Shown: positions 38,997 through 52,800 of the stretch, piece by piece
Position numbering within the stretch: the stretch's first letter is position 1
Layout of the letters: each line of letters begins with the position of its first letter
The notes under the pieces: generated by a model
What the model was told of the DNA's origin: nothing
Database searches by the model: none
What the model saw: only the letters and a program-made list of their open reading frames with translations
Made by a program: the position numbers and the translations under genes
Assembly: GCA_016748015.1 (NCBI GenBank)
Contig: JAAOMT010000515.1
Coordinates: forward strand, 124,001-188,000
Direction of reading: 5' to 3'
Source: Geosiphon pyriformis uo1
Lineage: Eukaryota; Fungi; Glomeromycota
Length of the DNA stretch: 64,000 nt

Positions 38997-40163
38997 ATGC
39001 TTGTAACACTTGCTCATAATATTTCAAGGTCTTTTCTCCCAAAGGTAAAAAATTAAGTTGTCTATCGCAACTGTATTTACACCAATTTTTTACAACTTTA
39101 AATGTGTCTGGCAGAGCCAATCAGAAGGGTTAGGTTCTAGGGTCCGCCGTTGCCTGGGACAATCCCATGGACGATTAGACCCATTTTTAATATGTGACAT
39201 ATTCGAATCTTCTGTACCAGGAGGATTTCCAGATCACCCTCATCGTGGTTTTGAGACCGTGACCTATTTATTGGAAGGTAAACATATTTTATCGAGCAAA
39301 AAATTGAGAAATGAACTGATTTATTCCCTTTTTTGATTAATTAGGTGCTGTTGCGCATGAAGATTTTATCGGCAATAAAGGTGTAATCGGACCTGGGTAA
39401 TGTTCCTTGGAAACTTGTATCCTAAAAATTGTAATTTTTCTAAACTATAAAACCGATAGTGACGTACAATGGATGACTGCAGGAAAAGGAATCGTACATG
39501 CGGAAATGCCTGCTTCAACTCAACCTGCACGTGGGATTCAGCTTTGGCTAAATCTTAAACGGTCGGAAAAGATGATCGAACCTACTTATCAAGACCTTAA
39601 AGATTCGGATATCTCAAGAGCAAAGCCTGAAGAGGGTATAACGGTGAAAGTAATTGCTGGTGAAAGCTTCGGTATCAAATCAACCGTGTTCACTCGTACC
39701 CCCACCATGATGATGGATTTTACTTTGGCTAAAGGTAAAAAAATTGAACAACCTATGCCAAAAGGTTGGAATGGGTTCCTTTACGTTTTCCAAGGAAGTG
39801 CTCTTTTTGGTGGTAAAAAATTTAAAGGAGAAGCAAACTATACTTTGTTCCTCGATGAAAATCCTGATGCTGATTTTCTTCCCGTCGAGGCACCAGATGA
39901 AGATGTTAGGTTTATTTTATTTGGTGGGGAGCCAATAAAGGTTTGTGAAAATTTTTCCCCATTCCAGAATTAATAAAAATTCTTTTATGCTCATTCTAAA
40001 TTTTTAATTTTAGGAACCTATTAAGCAATATGGGCCTTTTGTCATGACAACTGAACAAGAAATTTCTCAGACGCTTACAGATTTCCAGCAATATCAAAAT
40101 GGTTTCGAACGTGCAAAAAATTTCCGCTCCTCTATCGCTGATGGCGCTAAAATTTTATTCTAA
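38997..40163 (+). CDS. PIR: Pirin (bicupin, Fe-binding)
   Basis: Exons 38997-39044, 39115-39277, 39345-39396, 39460-39940, 40014-40163 (297 aa). SEG.GSRVRR, LDPFL, GGFPDHPHRGFETVTY, QWMTAGKGIVHAEMP, QLWLNL, EPIKQYGPFVM. Confidence 0.95.
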
Positions 40164-40690
40164 AGACTTCTCCAGATACTTGACTTGATTGGAGATTTGT
40201 CATATTTGATCAAAAAATCCTTAATTTCTACTATTATTAATATCATTATTTGACTCTTAATTCCAAATATTGTACGAAAATCTTTCGCATTATTGAATCC
40301 AAATAAAGTCGAATTCCTTTTATGCCCATGTAAAGATAAGCATGTTTTAATCAAATTATTGGTCGTTTCAGTCGTGCTTACTTTTTAAAGAACCAGACAC
40401 TCATTTTCAGCAATTCAATGAAATGATTTTTATTGTTACCAATTTCAAGATGAAATAAAGATGGTTGATAACTTTTAAAACAAATTTATTGATAGTGTTT
40501 ACATAAATTTTACATTGAGGTCACCCAACTATATAAGATTAATCTCGAAATGAGAGAAAATTAGGATATTTTTCTAAAAATTTCCCAAAATAAAATAGTC
40601 CCAATTGGATATTTTTTTCAAAGTTTTGAGAATTATGCCTACCAAGTAGCAAGAAATGATGTCTATGGTTAATTTCGAAAGAATAAATAT

Positions 40691-40903
40691 TTATTCAGGA
40701 CCTGTTTGTCCATCTTGATGATGAGCCTCTGGATTTCGATTTTCTGGTTTGATGTTGAGTTTATCAGCAGCAACGAGAACGGCATCGTGAATCTTCTCTT
40801 TAACAAGCGTCAGGGTATGATGATTGGTTGATGATTTTATAACCGAGTCCCCGTTATTTTGGTGTGATTCAGATGGTATTTGGGTAGTGTAATAATCTTT
40901 CAT
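40691..40903 (-). CDS. Microprotein B (70 aa), paralog of 35351-35605
   Basis: ATG-initiated ORF ending ...TLVKEKIHDAVLVAADKLNIKPENRNPEAHHQDGQTGPE*. Confidence 0.8.
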   Translation of the reverse strand: MKDYYTTQIPSESHQNNGDSVIKSSTNHHTLTLVKEKIHDAVLVAADKLNIKPENRNPEAHHQDGQTGPE

Positions 40904-40961
40904 TGTGATATGTTTTGAGTTGATTTCAAGGTTGTTCTGAGAATAAGTATCTTTGTTTTAA

Positions 40962-41003
40962 TTTTGATTTTGATTTTGATTTTGATTTTGATTTTGATTT
41001 TGA
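40962..41003 (+). repeat. (TTTTGA)n microsatellite in the presumed 5' region of microprotein B
   Basis: Seven direct hexamers. Confidence 0.9.
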
Positions 41004-41044
41004 TGCTTTTAGTGTGAATAGGTTTTCAAAGCAGCACTTGCTTG

Positions 41045-41113
41045 TATATATAAGTTTTTGGAATTCATTTTGGGTCATTGTTGACATGACCTCATAGCGG
41101 TTTGGACGTCATT
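41045..41113 (-). promoter_or_regulatory. CRE/ATF-like AATGACGT element and TATA box upstream of microprotein B
   Basis: ACGTCATT at 41106-41113 (AATGACGT on minus); TATATATA at 41045-41052. Confidence 0.45.
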
Positions 41114-41512
41114 TTGATGTCATACCATGATCCCACTGATGAGCGGCCAAGGAAAGAAGTATCGGTGTAATGTTTGCGAGACTGAAATTTCGTACAACTT
41201 ATCACAACTATTATAGCGCTATGTTGATTTACAAGATCTGTTTCATAGAACTAGCCCTTCAAGAAACGATATAATGACCTTTTATAAATGGTTCAACTTG
41301 AGTAAATTTTTTTTTGCGTATAAGACAAGCAATCGAATCGAGATTTATACAATTCTCTGATATGTTTAACAAACAAACTTGTAACTTTTTAGTCTACTTA
41401 CATTTATGTACACTTTCTATTCGGAGGATTTACAATAAACAAAGAGAGAGCATCGCCTCTTGCTTTGAACGTGTAAATATGCAGCAACGATTTTATAGCA
41501 TTATTAAGTTAT

Positions 41513-43314
41513 TCATGTTGTTTCTTGCTTTTCCTCAGGTTTTATTACAACAACTTCAAGTTGACTATTCAAAAAATTTATAAAAGAATTACGACCATAT
41601 TTGATCCTTGTCTTTTTGTTTGAAGCACACCAAGTATGAAACTTAGGCTCTTTGGAATCAGTGGAAGCTTTATTCTGATCTGGGTTGAAGCTGGCCATAG
41701 TAATTATCTCATCTGATTGTCGAAGAAAAGAAAATCCATAGAGTGAAGCATGTGATGTATCGGATCTTTTTAGTTGAATAAGTGATTGATCTTGTTCGAT
41801 AGAAGAAATGTTTGTAAGCGTATCTTGGCCAAAGTTATTTTCTGTAGATTTCGAATTTTTCCTCCAAAAGCTAAGACGACGTGTGATCTCGTTTGCCATT
41901 TTAACCGTGGAGACTTGAAGTCGCAAAAAGCTTGAATGAAAAGATTCCCAATTTTTGTCAAAAACAATATTCTCATTATAAAAATTCAAAGGTGAATCCA
42001 CTCTTACTTGTAAATGATTATTATCTGGCCAAATTGGGTGAAAACCAATCCGGAGAAAAGATCAAAGGCGGAGAAGCCAATAATTAATTGAATGTCTCTT
42101 CTAAAAATACTTTTGAGAAGACTTACAAATATCCTTGAAATATATAGGATAGTAATGCTTCCAACAACAAGTGTCAACTGAATTAAAAAAAAAACGATCA
42201 GAATTTTCGAGAATATTTTTTTTTCAAATAAGTTTGGAAATATTCTCACATGTCTGGAAACCGATTGAACTCTTTTTAATTTCCATTCGTTTCCTTCTTT
42301 TTGATTTTTTAAAATGGATATATGCTTTCGTAAGACAGAATCCATCTTCAGCCAAAACGAAATCATCATTCCGAGAAACATTATTGTCCACCAAATCAAT
42401 AGGAGACAACTAATAATGCTAGTATTCTTCGCCGAGATAATATCATCTTTCCTTAGAAAAACACCTTTGATCCACAAAGTTGGAAGTAACGTTACAGTTG
42501 GACCAATTAAAAAGAAAAAACCTATGGCATCAATTACTCGCTTCCTGAGAAGAAAAGAATCTGTGATGGACTCATGTTCTATCCCTGATAAGGAATACAC
42601 TGATTGATTATTGGATTGGGTCAGCGAAATATTTTTGCGGATCAAAGTTTGAAACGTATGATAACTTAAATGTTTGTTACCTAGTCCGATTGGATATAGG
42701 GTCAAAATTGAAAATCCAACAACGAAAGGCAAATGGCCACCAACTGTTGAGTAAAGAAAGGTTTTAGGGGTTTCCAATTATAAAGACAAGATTTTGGTTA
42801 CACTTGACATATTTACCTATTGCCCACGAAGAATTCGGATAAGTATTGGTTAAGATAAGGATCCCATTCAAAATGGTAGCTGTGAAGTGAGATCGATTCG
42901 GATTTATTAAAAGTTTTACTAGGAAAATTTTATCACATCCATAATCATGACCCTTTTAATATTATATCGTTTCTACTTACAAAAGCAATAAGATCCTGCG
43001 CAAAGGTGAAAAGCCTCCTGAGGGCGGGGTCTGATAATGCCCTTTCCCCTCGATTGCTCAAAAAACCAAGATGGACCCTTAGAAAGATTGCGGTAATACA
43101 AAAAGCCCAGTGAAGTGAACATTATTAAAGTCGAATAACAAATTTGTACAATATAAAGAACTCGTTGGGCAGGTTCTTCATCGCAACCATGAAACTTGTC
43201 AGTACGAGGAAATGTACATTGTGGTAGGAACTGAGAATTGCCTTGGTCTATCTGAAGTTTAATTGTGGTTTCGTTTGTTGAGGTAGATTGATTGAATGAA
43301 AGGTTTGTATTCAT
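41513..43314 (-). CDS. Multi-pass (~7 TM) membrane protein of unknown function, GPCR-like topology
   Basis: ATG 43314; extracellular N-terminus with C-x10-C and N-glycosylation sites; RPRPQEAFH loop; several hydrophobic helices across spliced exons (ORFs 42973-43320, 42004-42777, 41513-42001); hydrophilic C-tail. Confidence 0.72.
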
Positions 43315-44699
43315 GATCAATTTTATAGACTTGAAGGATAATAAAATTTTTGAGTTACCAATGAGAAAGTGAACGAGTTTTATGAAAAAAGGATAGACAT
43401 AAAAAATGAGAGAATGTGGTGTTTCTTATTGAATTAAGAAGTAAAAGCCCAAGTTTCTAGATCAATTAAGCAAGAAACAAAAATTTTGGGCGCTAAAGTG
43501 CCGTAAGATGGACGAGAGAAAAACAGAATTTGGGGAAACTTTTATTTTTTAATGACAGAGAGATGCCAGTTCGAACTTTAATTGAAGTTCAATGAAAAAC
43601 TTTGATTTCGTTGGTTGCCAAAGCATTCTCTTACATTAAAATACAGGCATAATCTCTTAAAAAGAATGTGTGAAATTTATTAAAATATGCACGTTTTGAC
43701 TCTAAAAAATTTTGGATGAAACTGCGAAAGATCAACCCAGTTATCCAATCTTGGATATAGGCTCCAGGCAAACTCATGCGGTTTTTATGTGGTGATTCTT
43801 TGAAACAACATTCAAAGATGTCCTAAATTAGTTAATGCATATTATTAGTGTGATTGAAATCCTCTTAGAAAAAACAATTATAGATTACAAAATTGAACTC
43901 ACCTGAATGACTGAATGAAAATTATTATGACAAGCGACCATCATTACCATTCATTTCATTAAAAATGAATTAAATGGATTTTTGGGTTCACGTCAGACAA
44001 CGCAGGGTCTTTTCAATACTAGTTACTCTACAAATGAGTAATGAAGGAATTTCTAGAACTGGTTTCTTGTTTGAACTTGTCTTCTATTTTCGAGATATAA
44101 TTTTCTGATGTGATTAAAAAGTAACGTAAATGATTTTTAACAATTAAGATTAAAATTTTAATTGAGAAAGGTAATTTCTTTATTAGGACATCAGCTAATG
44201 AATCATTATTAGAAGCGGACTTGAATGTTAAACAGGTATAAAATGTCAAACCAAAAATCTGGATTACCTTTAAATTTCATATTTCAATGGAAAATATAAA
44301 TTATTAATAAATCCTCAAAATAAGTCTTTTTTTTCGAAATCAAAACTCAATTTAGTTTAAGTAATTTTTCAATTATATTAAATAATTGAAACCAATTAGT
44401 ATAAATTTTTTTGGCTCATTAAATTAATTGGCTTTTTAATTTTTGATTAAAGCGTTAATCTTGAGAGTTAAACAAAATCTGGCTTTGTACACATCATTAA
44501 ATGGTTATTAGATAAATACTATCTCTAAAAAAGGTATTTGTCTATCTTATTGTTTTTTCCCTTTTTTTATCAATCCCGTTTCGATTAAAAAAGATTGGTA
44601 CCATTATTCTTATTCTTCAACTCATTGTTATTATGTTCTGTCTCAATCTTTCCCTCGATCTGGAAAAAGGTTTTTTTCTTTGTTTTGATATGAAATACA

Positions 44700-47400
44700 A
44701 AAAAAGGTTAATATTTTAAATTATAAAATTTTTTTTATCCCATTGTTTGTTTTTTTCTTTTGCCATTTTTGTTTTTGGTTTTTGTGTATTTGCATTTTTT
44801 GAACAAAAAAAATCATTGTAAAAACATTTCTATTTAACACATTTTTTATAACATTTTTTTCTACTTTATAGAACTTGTAGTTTTTCAACAATATGTAAAT
44901 TAACAAAAAATATGAATTTTCAATAAACAATAATGTAAAAAAAACAAGAATTTTTAATAAAAAAAATTTTAAATATTAATATTAATATAGATTTTAAACA
45001 TAATAATAAACTTAAATAATTATTTGTATTTATCAAATTTTTAGATAAAAAACAATATTTACTAAATTACAACTAATGACAAAAAAATAGTTATATAAAA
45101 AAACTAAAATGTTTAAAAAAATTTTATTTAATAAAAACAGAGCTTTTTGGTTAAAAATCTTTATAAAAAAATGTGAATATATTGTAAAAAAAATTTATAT
45201 TATTTTTAAATTAATAACTTAATCAAATAATTTTAAAAAAAATTGTGTAAAATATTAAATAAAAACAATAAAAAAACAAATTCATAAGATAAAAATAATA
45301 ATTTTAATTCTATTTACATATAAAATTGTAAATTATAAATTTATTTATTTATTCTAAAAAAAATAACAATTTTATTATATTAAAACAGTTAGAAAAAGCT
45401 TAAAAAAACATATAAAATTTTTTTTTTAAGTATTATTTAAACAAAACAATATTTATAAAAATAAATTTTCTTGTTAATAAAAAACTCTTTATAATAAACA
45501 AAAAATCAAATATATAAGAGTTTTAATTATCATAAAATGGTTTTTGCACATATTTAATAAAAATATTATATAAGTTTAATAATATTATATAAACAAAAAA
45601 TTCTAACTACTTATTTTTGTATAATTTAGATGTTTTTATTAAAAAAATAATTGTTAATAAATATGTTAATAAGTAAACAATTTTTTTAAATTATTTTATT
45701 ATTAATGTGTTATTTTTAAACAATATATTATATACTCTTAATGGCTAATTATATATAATCAAATTATAAATTATTTTTATTTTTATTGTATTATAATAAA
45801 TAATAGTTAAATTATATTTATTAAATAATGAACATAAACAATTATTTTTTGAATTAAAATATTTACAATATTTTTTATGCTTTTTATAAATATTAAACCA
45901 AAAACTATTTTAATATTATTTTAATTATAAAAAGACAAATTACTATAATAAATAATAATAATATATATAGTATTATTAAATAAAAAAAATTATCAAAAAA
46001 ATTAATAACAACTAAATAAATACATATATAAAAATATAATAATAATAATATTGTTGTTTTTTAAAATACTTGAAAAAAATTTTGCTTATTAATAAAATTT
46101 ATTATATAAAAAATAATTACAACTTTATAAATAATAGTAAAATTATAAAAAACATAAAAATTTTAAAGAAAACAACTTTAAAAGTTTGATTTTGCCAAAG
46201 CTTAATCTTTTTAAAAAAAATATTATAATTAAAAATGCTTGTTTTTATTAATTAACATATATATTAATTAAATAATTTTATATAATTAGCTATTTTATTT
46301 TTAGATTAATAATTATTAATTTTATTATTAACTTAATTATTAATTTGACTACTAATCTGTTTATTTATTTTTTAAATAATAATTTTTTTAATTAAAAATA
46401 TCAAATAATTAAAGTTTAATTGTCTATTTTTTTTATATTATTTATTTTTTTTATTTTTAAGTATTTTGTATTTTGAAATATAGATTACTTGTTAGCTTTA
46501 TAGATCTTACTTTTTTTTTAATTTGTATTGTTAAAATTAATTTAAAAAGCTACTTTTTTGTTTTTATAATTTATTAAATAAAAACATTATTAAAAAACAC
46601 AATAATATTTGTTATTAATTTTAAAAATTGCTAAATAAAACATAAAATAATAGCGATAGTATTATTTATTAACAATTAAAAACTGTTTTTTATTTTCAGA
46701 TTTTTTAAAAAAATCAATTAACTGAAATTTTAAGACTGATTACAATTATTAAATTTTTTTTGATTATTTTCTTTTACTTTTAATAGTCATTTTTCTTGTT
46801 ATTTATTATTAACTTGATATTTAGATACATACTAATAGAATTTGTAAAAATAAAGAACATAATAGTGATTTAGTTTGTAATGACACAATAAATAACACAA
46901 AAGTAATAAAAATAAAAGTGGATCTACTATTATTTTTATTATTATTTAGTAATATTAGGTGTTTTAAGAAATTTTACCACCATATTTCTAACCAAATTTG
47001 TCTTGAATATTACAGTTATTGAACTATTTACATAAGCTTCTTCTATTTTCTCATTATTAGTCTTAACTGCTTCACTTTTTATTCACACTATTGAGCTTAC
47101 TTTTAGATTTTATTCATCTTTTCAAAAAACCATTAGCATTACCAAAGTTTTCTATATTACTTTTTTTGGTACTATTCTTTTGCTTGGATCTATTATATCT
47201 CTATTGGTGTCAAAAACAGAGCTCTTCACAGTCTTGCTCTTGGTCATATTCTTTACTGTACTATCCAAAGCAGCCAGTTTCTGAATGAAGGGGTTTTCTG
47301 ATTCAATAATGTAAGAGCAAAAACAAATAACTCTTTCAAAAAACTTTTTCTCTTTTTAGAGTTTTTGAGACGAAGAAGAGAAAGAGTTTGTTACTTAAGC
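44700..47400 (-). mobile_element. Hyper-AT block 4, probable hypermutated retroelement/TE relic with less-mutated right edge
   Basis: About 10% GC in 45001-45300 by hand count. A residual minus-strand frame IESENPFIQKLAALDSTVKNMTKSKTVKSSVFDTNRDIIDPSKRIVPKKVI* at 47310-47150 decays into the block. Confidence 0.5.
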
Positions 47401-47479
47401 TAAATAAGCATTAAGTTTTTACTTTAAAAAATTCCTTTTTCAGAATTATCATGAAACATAATTTCAAAAAGTTAATATT

Positions 47480-48311
<832 letters not shown>

Positions 48312-49846
48312 TCACTACAATGGGAAGTTTGGCAAATCAATGTCGGATAATATGCTTCTTTAATCTTTTTAAATAGTTGTACAGACTCATAAGATCGATT
48401 GTAGCACAAGCTCTCCAATTTATTTGCTTAAGTTGAATAGCGCTAATTGATCTCCGGCCAAAATGAATTCAGCAGGGATTGCTGAAATGAAGATGAAAAT
48501 TTTCTTAGATACCACTCGATAGCATCTCACAATTAGTTACATCGCTTTGGACATTTGCTGGAAGATCACCCAACAATTTATGAGTTTTATCGTCGCAACC
48601 AACTGCAAGTTCTTCAATTAATCATGTCAGACAATGTTTGGCAGCTTCATCCCAAAATCCTGTTCAAGGACCAGGCTTATGAAGAACTCGAAATTTTAAC
48701 AAAATAATTTTATTTTATTTTATTTTATTTTTTATTGTCCTTTTTCTCCATGAGGATCCGGAACATTAAGTCGTCTTTGTTTTTCTTCTATTGGTTTCAA
48801 ACTGGAATTAACATTTAATAAATAAATCAAAAATTGCTATTGTAAAATCAAATTTCAAAAACCATAGCCAGGATAGCCTTTAGGGATCGTGAAATTTATT
48901 TGTTCAAGATTTCCAACTAAAAATTTCAGCGTGTGATCCAAAATTTCCAATTTTTAGAGAGAGATATGATTAAAAAAGCAGATATTAGGAAGATTGAATG
49001 ATAAATGTCGCGATGATAAATTTTTTTATCTTCGGAATACATTAAGGGTAGATTTGATCAGCCAGATTGTTTCACGAATGCACTGAAAAATTTATGTAAA
49101 ACAGAATATTATTAAATATGTTGCCGAAATATTTAAATTTAAAAATTTCCCATTGTGACAGCTTGTCTGTTATGTTTCCTTTGCTACATTAGCCTGCAAT
49201 CAAAAGGCGTCAAATACAACGCACAGAAATAAAATTTTTCACGCCTGCTACTAATCTAATTTCACCATTAAAATTTGAATTAATTATATTTTCTGTAAAA
49301 CTAATTTTTTCGCTAAAAAACTCTCAAAGTCATAGATTTGAAAATAAATATAAATTGGATCAAGTTTATTTTAATCATCGTGTTAACTATATTCTTTTAT
49401 ATAGGAGAAATATACAAAAACTTTTGTACTATGTAATTAAAATCAAATGAGTCCAGTTTTATTAATTATAAAGAATTAATTTATTGCGGGAAATTACTGC
49501 GGGATAACATTCTTAAAAGTAATAAATGTAGGCCCAAAAAATGATGGATTCGGATTTTTAATAAAAAAAAAAAACCGAGAAAACAAATTTTAATTGAAAC
49601 CGGCATTGCCCGTTATTCGACATCCCTAATGATCACCACTTTCATCATTGGTCAATTACAAACCAAAATGGGCGGTGTTTGCGCAGTTTATAAAGCAACT
49701 ATAAATACTTGTGGACATGTCGTATATTCACTTTTTATAAAATTTTGACTTAAGTTAGATTTTGCTCAAAAAAATATTTTTTTTTGCCAAAAATCCTGCA
49801 AAAAATCAGATCATTATCTTCTCCATTTAGCGGAACTCTTACCATT

Positions 49847-52800
49847 ATGTCTAAAAATGAAGCTACCTCGGTTTCGCCTACGGTCAGTTTAAATACTTCG
49901 ACTGAAGGGGAAAAAGACCAGAAAAGATCACCAGCTCAAAATGTAAATAACTCATCAATTGATAACGAAAATATTGCTCGATCGATTGGTGGACCTTTTT
50001 TACGGGGGACTAGAGGTGGTCGCTCACGTGGACGTGGAACTGCTCGTGGAAGAGGTGGTTTTCGAAATAATAATCGACAAGAAAATGGAGAAACAGGGTA
50101 TTCGTGGAGTGTGAGAGAAGGTTTTTATCAAAACATCAGCGAAAATAGGGCTTCTAGCGGAATCGAGAGCTCAAGCTCCCATAATATATCTAATGAAAGA
50201 ACTTTCCGAGAATATATCCCGCGAACAGGTGGTAATTCATCATATAAACAATTCAGAAACCATCAAGATCGAAATAGAAATCCTACTTCTGCTGAAACCA
50301 CTCCACAACAGGGAATCCAAGAGACTGCTTCTAATATAGGGGAAACGAACATTAATCCAAAAAATGGACGTAGATCTGGATCTCGATATAAACGAGGTTC
50401 TGGGAATGCGAATCAAAATTTAGAATCAAGAACACGGCAACGTAACTACAGTGAAAATATTCAAAGTAATATTTCTCAACCTCCTGGCCCTCTCCAGCCT
50501 AACTCTCAAGCTGTTGAACAAATCGAACATAATTCTGTTGGCTCGACAAACTCTGGCCCTAATCTTAATCGAACTACATGGCGCCCAAGAGTTCAACACA
50601 GACATAATCGCACACAATCAGCAAATCCCGAACTAACCGTGACTCCTGTCGATTCGAAAGGCAAAACTAAAGAAAATGATTTCCCTTCAAGTGAAAACTC
50701 AGGTTACAAAGAATCTCGGGCGAAATCTGCCGATTTCCGTCCAAGATCTAAAAGAGCTTCCATTTTGAGAATGTCCCAAAGTGAAATCACTGACGTCCTA
50801 ACTTCAATAACCCATGGCCTGAGTACATCAACCTATGAATGTATGATATGTTGTGAAACCGTTCGTCCAAGTAATAGAACTTGGTCTTGTACTGTCTGTT
50901 GGGCAGTTTTTCATTTACATTGCACCGAAAAATGGGCAAATAAATCAATCACTGAGGCCATTAAAACTGATGGTGCTTGGCGATGTCCTGGATGCCAGCA
51001 CAAATCGACATCAATTCCACAGGAATATTGGTGCTTTTGTGGTATATAAGCGTATGTTTAAAATTAATCATTCTTGAGAAAATTTATTGAAATTTTTATA
51101 TCATTAGGAAAAGTCTTGAATCCTGAAAACAATCGTTATTTCACCCCACATACATGCGGACAAATTTGTGGAAGATCGCGTGATTGCCCTCATGATTGCA
51201 CATTGTAAGTAATATCAATTACCATCACCTATTTACTTGTCGAATTCTCATTAATCTTATTTTTACAGACAATGCCATCCTGGACCCTGTCCACCTTGTG
51301 CTGCTATGGGGCCATTAAAATCGTGCTGGTGTGGGAAACAAAGTATTCAAAAACGCTGCGCTGACACGGACTATGCAGGTGGAATGTCTTGTGAAGAAAC
51401 TTGCGGAAAACTTTTGAATTGCGGGCTGCATTACTGTGAAAAAGCTTGCCACGGGGGCCCATGTTCTTCTTGCAAGCATTTAGAGATAAAAGGCTGCTAT
51501 TGTGGAAAGAGCAAACGTGAAGAAACATGTGGAAGTGGACAACCCGTACGGTCATTTTCTCAACGCGAAGGTGATCCTCAAGAATGGACTGGCTATTTTG
51601 CCTGTGAACAAAATTGCGATCGGTAAAATAAAAATATTAAAATTAGTTAACATCAAAATTTCCCCACTAAATTTCTTAATTCTCTTAAACAGTCTTTTGG
51701 AATGCGATAAACACCGTTGCCAAAAAATTTGTCATCCCGTTACTGTCGAACTAGAACCTTGTCCTTATGATCCATCCCGTATTAAAACTTGCCCTTGTGG
51801 TGCCAAATCAATTTTGTCAATCCTGGGTCGTGAACGGTCATCATGCACGGAGGAAATCCCAAATTGTCATAATAAATGTAATAAGCTACTCAAATGCGGC
51901 CATAATTGTAAGATGGCATGTCATTCAGGTGAATGTTCTCTTTGTCAATTAAAAATGCGCGTCCCATGCCGTTGTGGGAGCACCGAGTTTGAACGAAAGT
52001 GTTCTGAGCTCGAAGGAGAACCTGACGAATTACCAATATGCGACAAAATTTGTCAGGGCTTACGCACCTGTGGTAAACATCAATGTAATGCACGCTGTTG
52101 TCCTTCAGCAAATAAGCCACGACCTTCAAAGAAATTAGCATTTGGGCGAGAGCCAGAAGAAGACGAAAACCATCGTTGTACATTTGTATGTGGTAAAAAG
52201 TTACAATGTGGAAATCATAATTGTCAAATGCCATGTCATAGGGGCCATTGTTTGCAATGTCTTGGTATGCTCAAAAATTGTTGATTTAACGGTGTTTGAT
52301 ATCCAGTACATAATTCGTTTCTTTTAATTATCTATTTTTAATTGCAGAGGCTTCCTTTGACGAATTGACATGCCATTGTGGCAGAACAAAAGTTTATCCG
52401 CCTATTCCTTGTGGAATGAAAGTGCCACCGTGTCCTTATACCTGCACACGTGCTCCGCTTTGTGGTCATATTGGTGTGAGCCATCCTTGCCATGACGACT
52501 CACAGGCTTGCCCTCCTTGTCCCTATCTAGTCGAAAAGATGTGTATGTGTGGCAAATCTTCTATCAGAAGCGTCACCTGCTACAAAACAAACGTCAGTTG
52601 TGGTACGGTTTGCGATCGAATCGTACCTTGTGGGGGCCATCGGTGCAAACGAACATGTCATTCAGGAGATTGTCTGGCTAATGAACAAGGATTACCGGGC
52701 AAGTGTACCCAAGCTTGTGGTAAACCTCGTCAAGCTTGTGGTCATCCTTGCACAGCCCCATGCCACGCTCCAGCGCGATGCCCAGATGACAAACCTTGTC

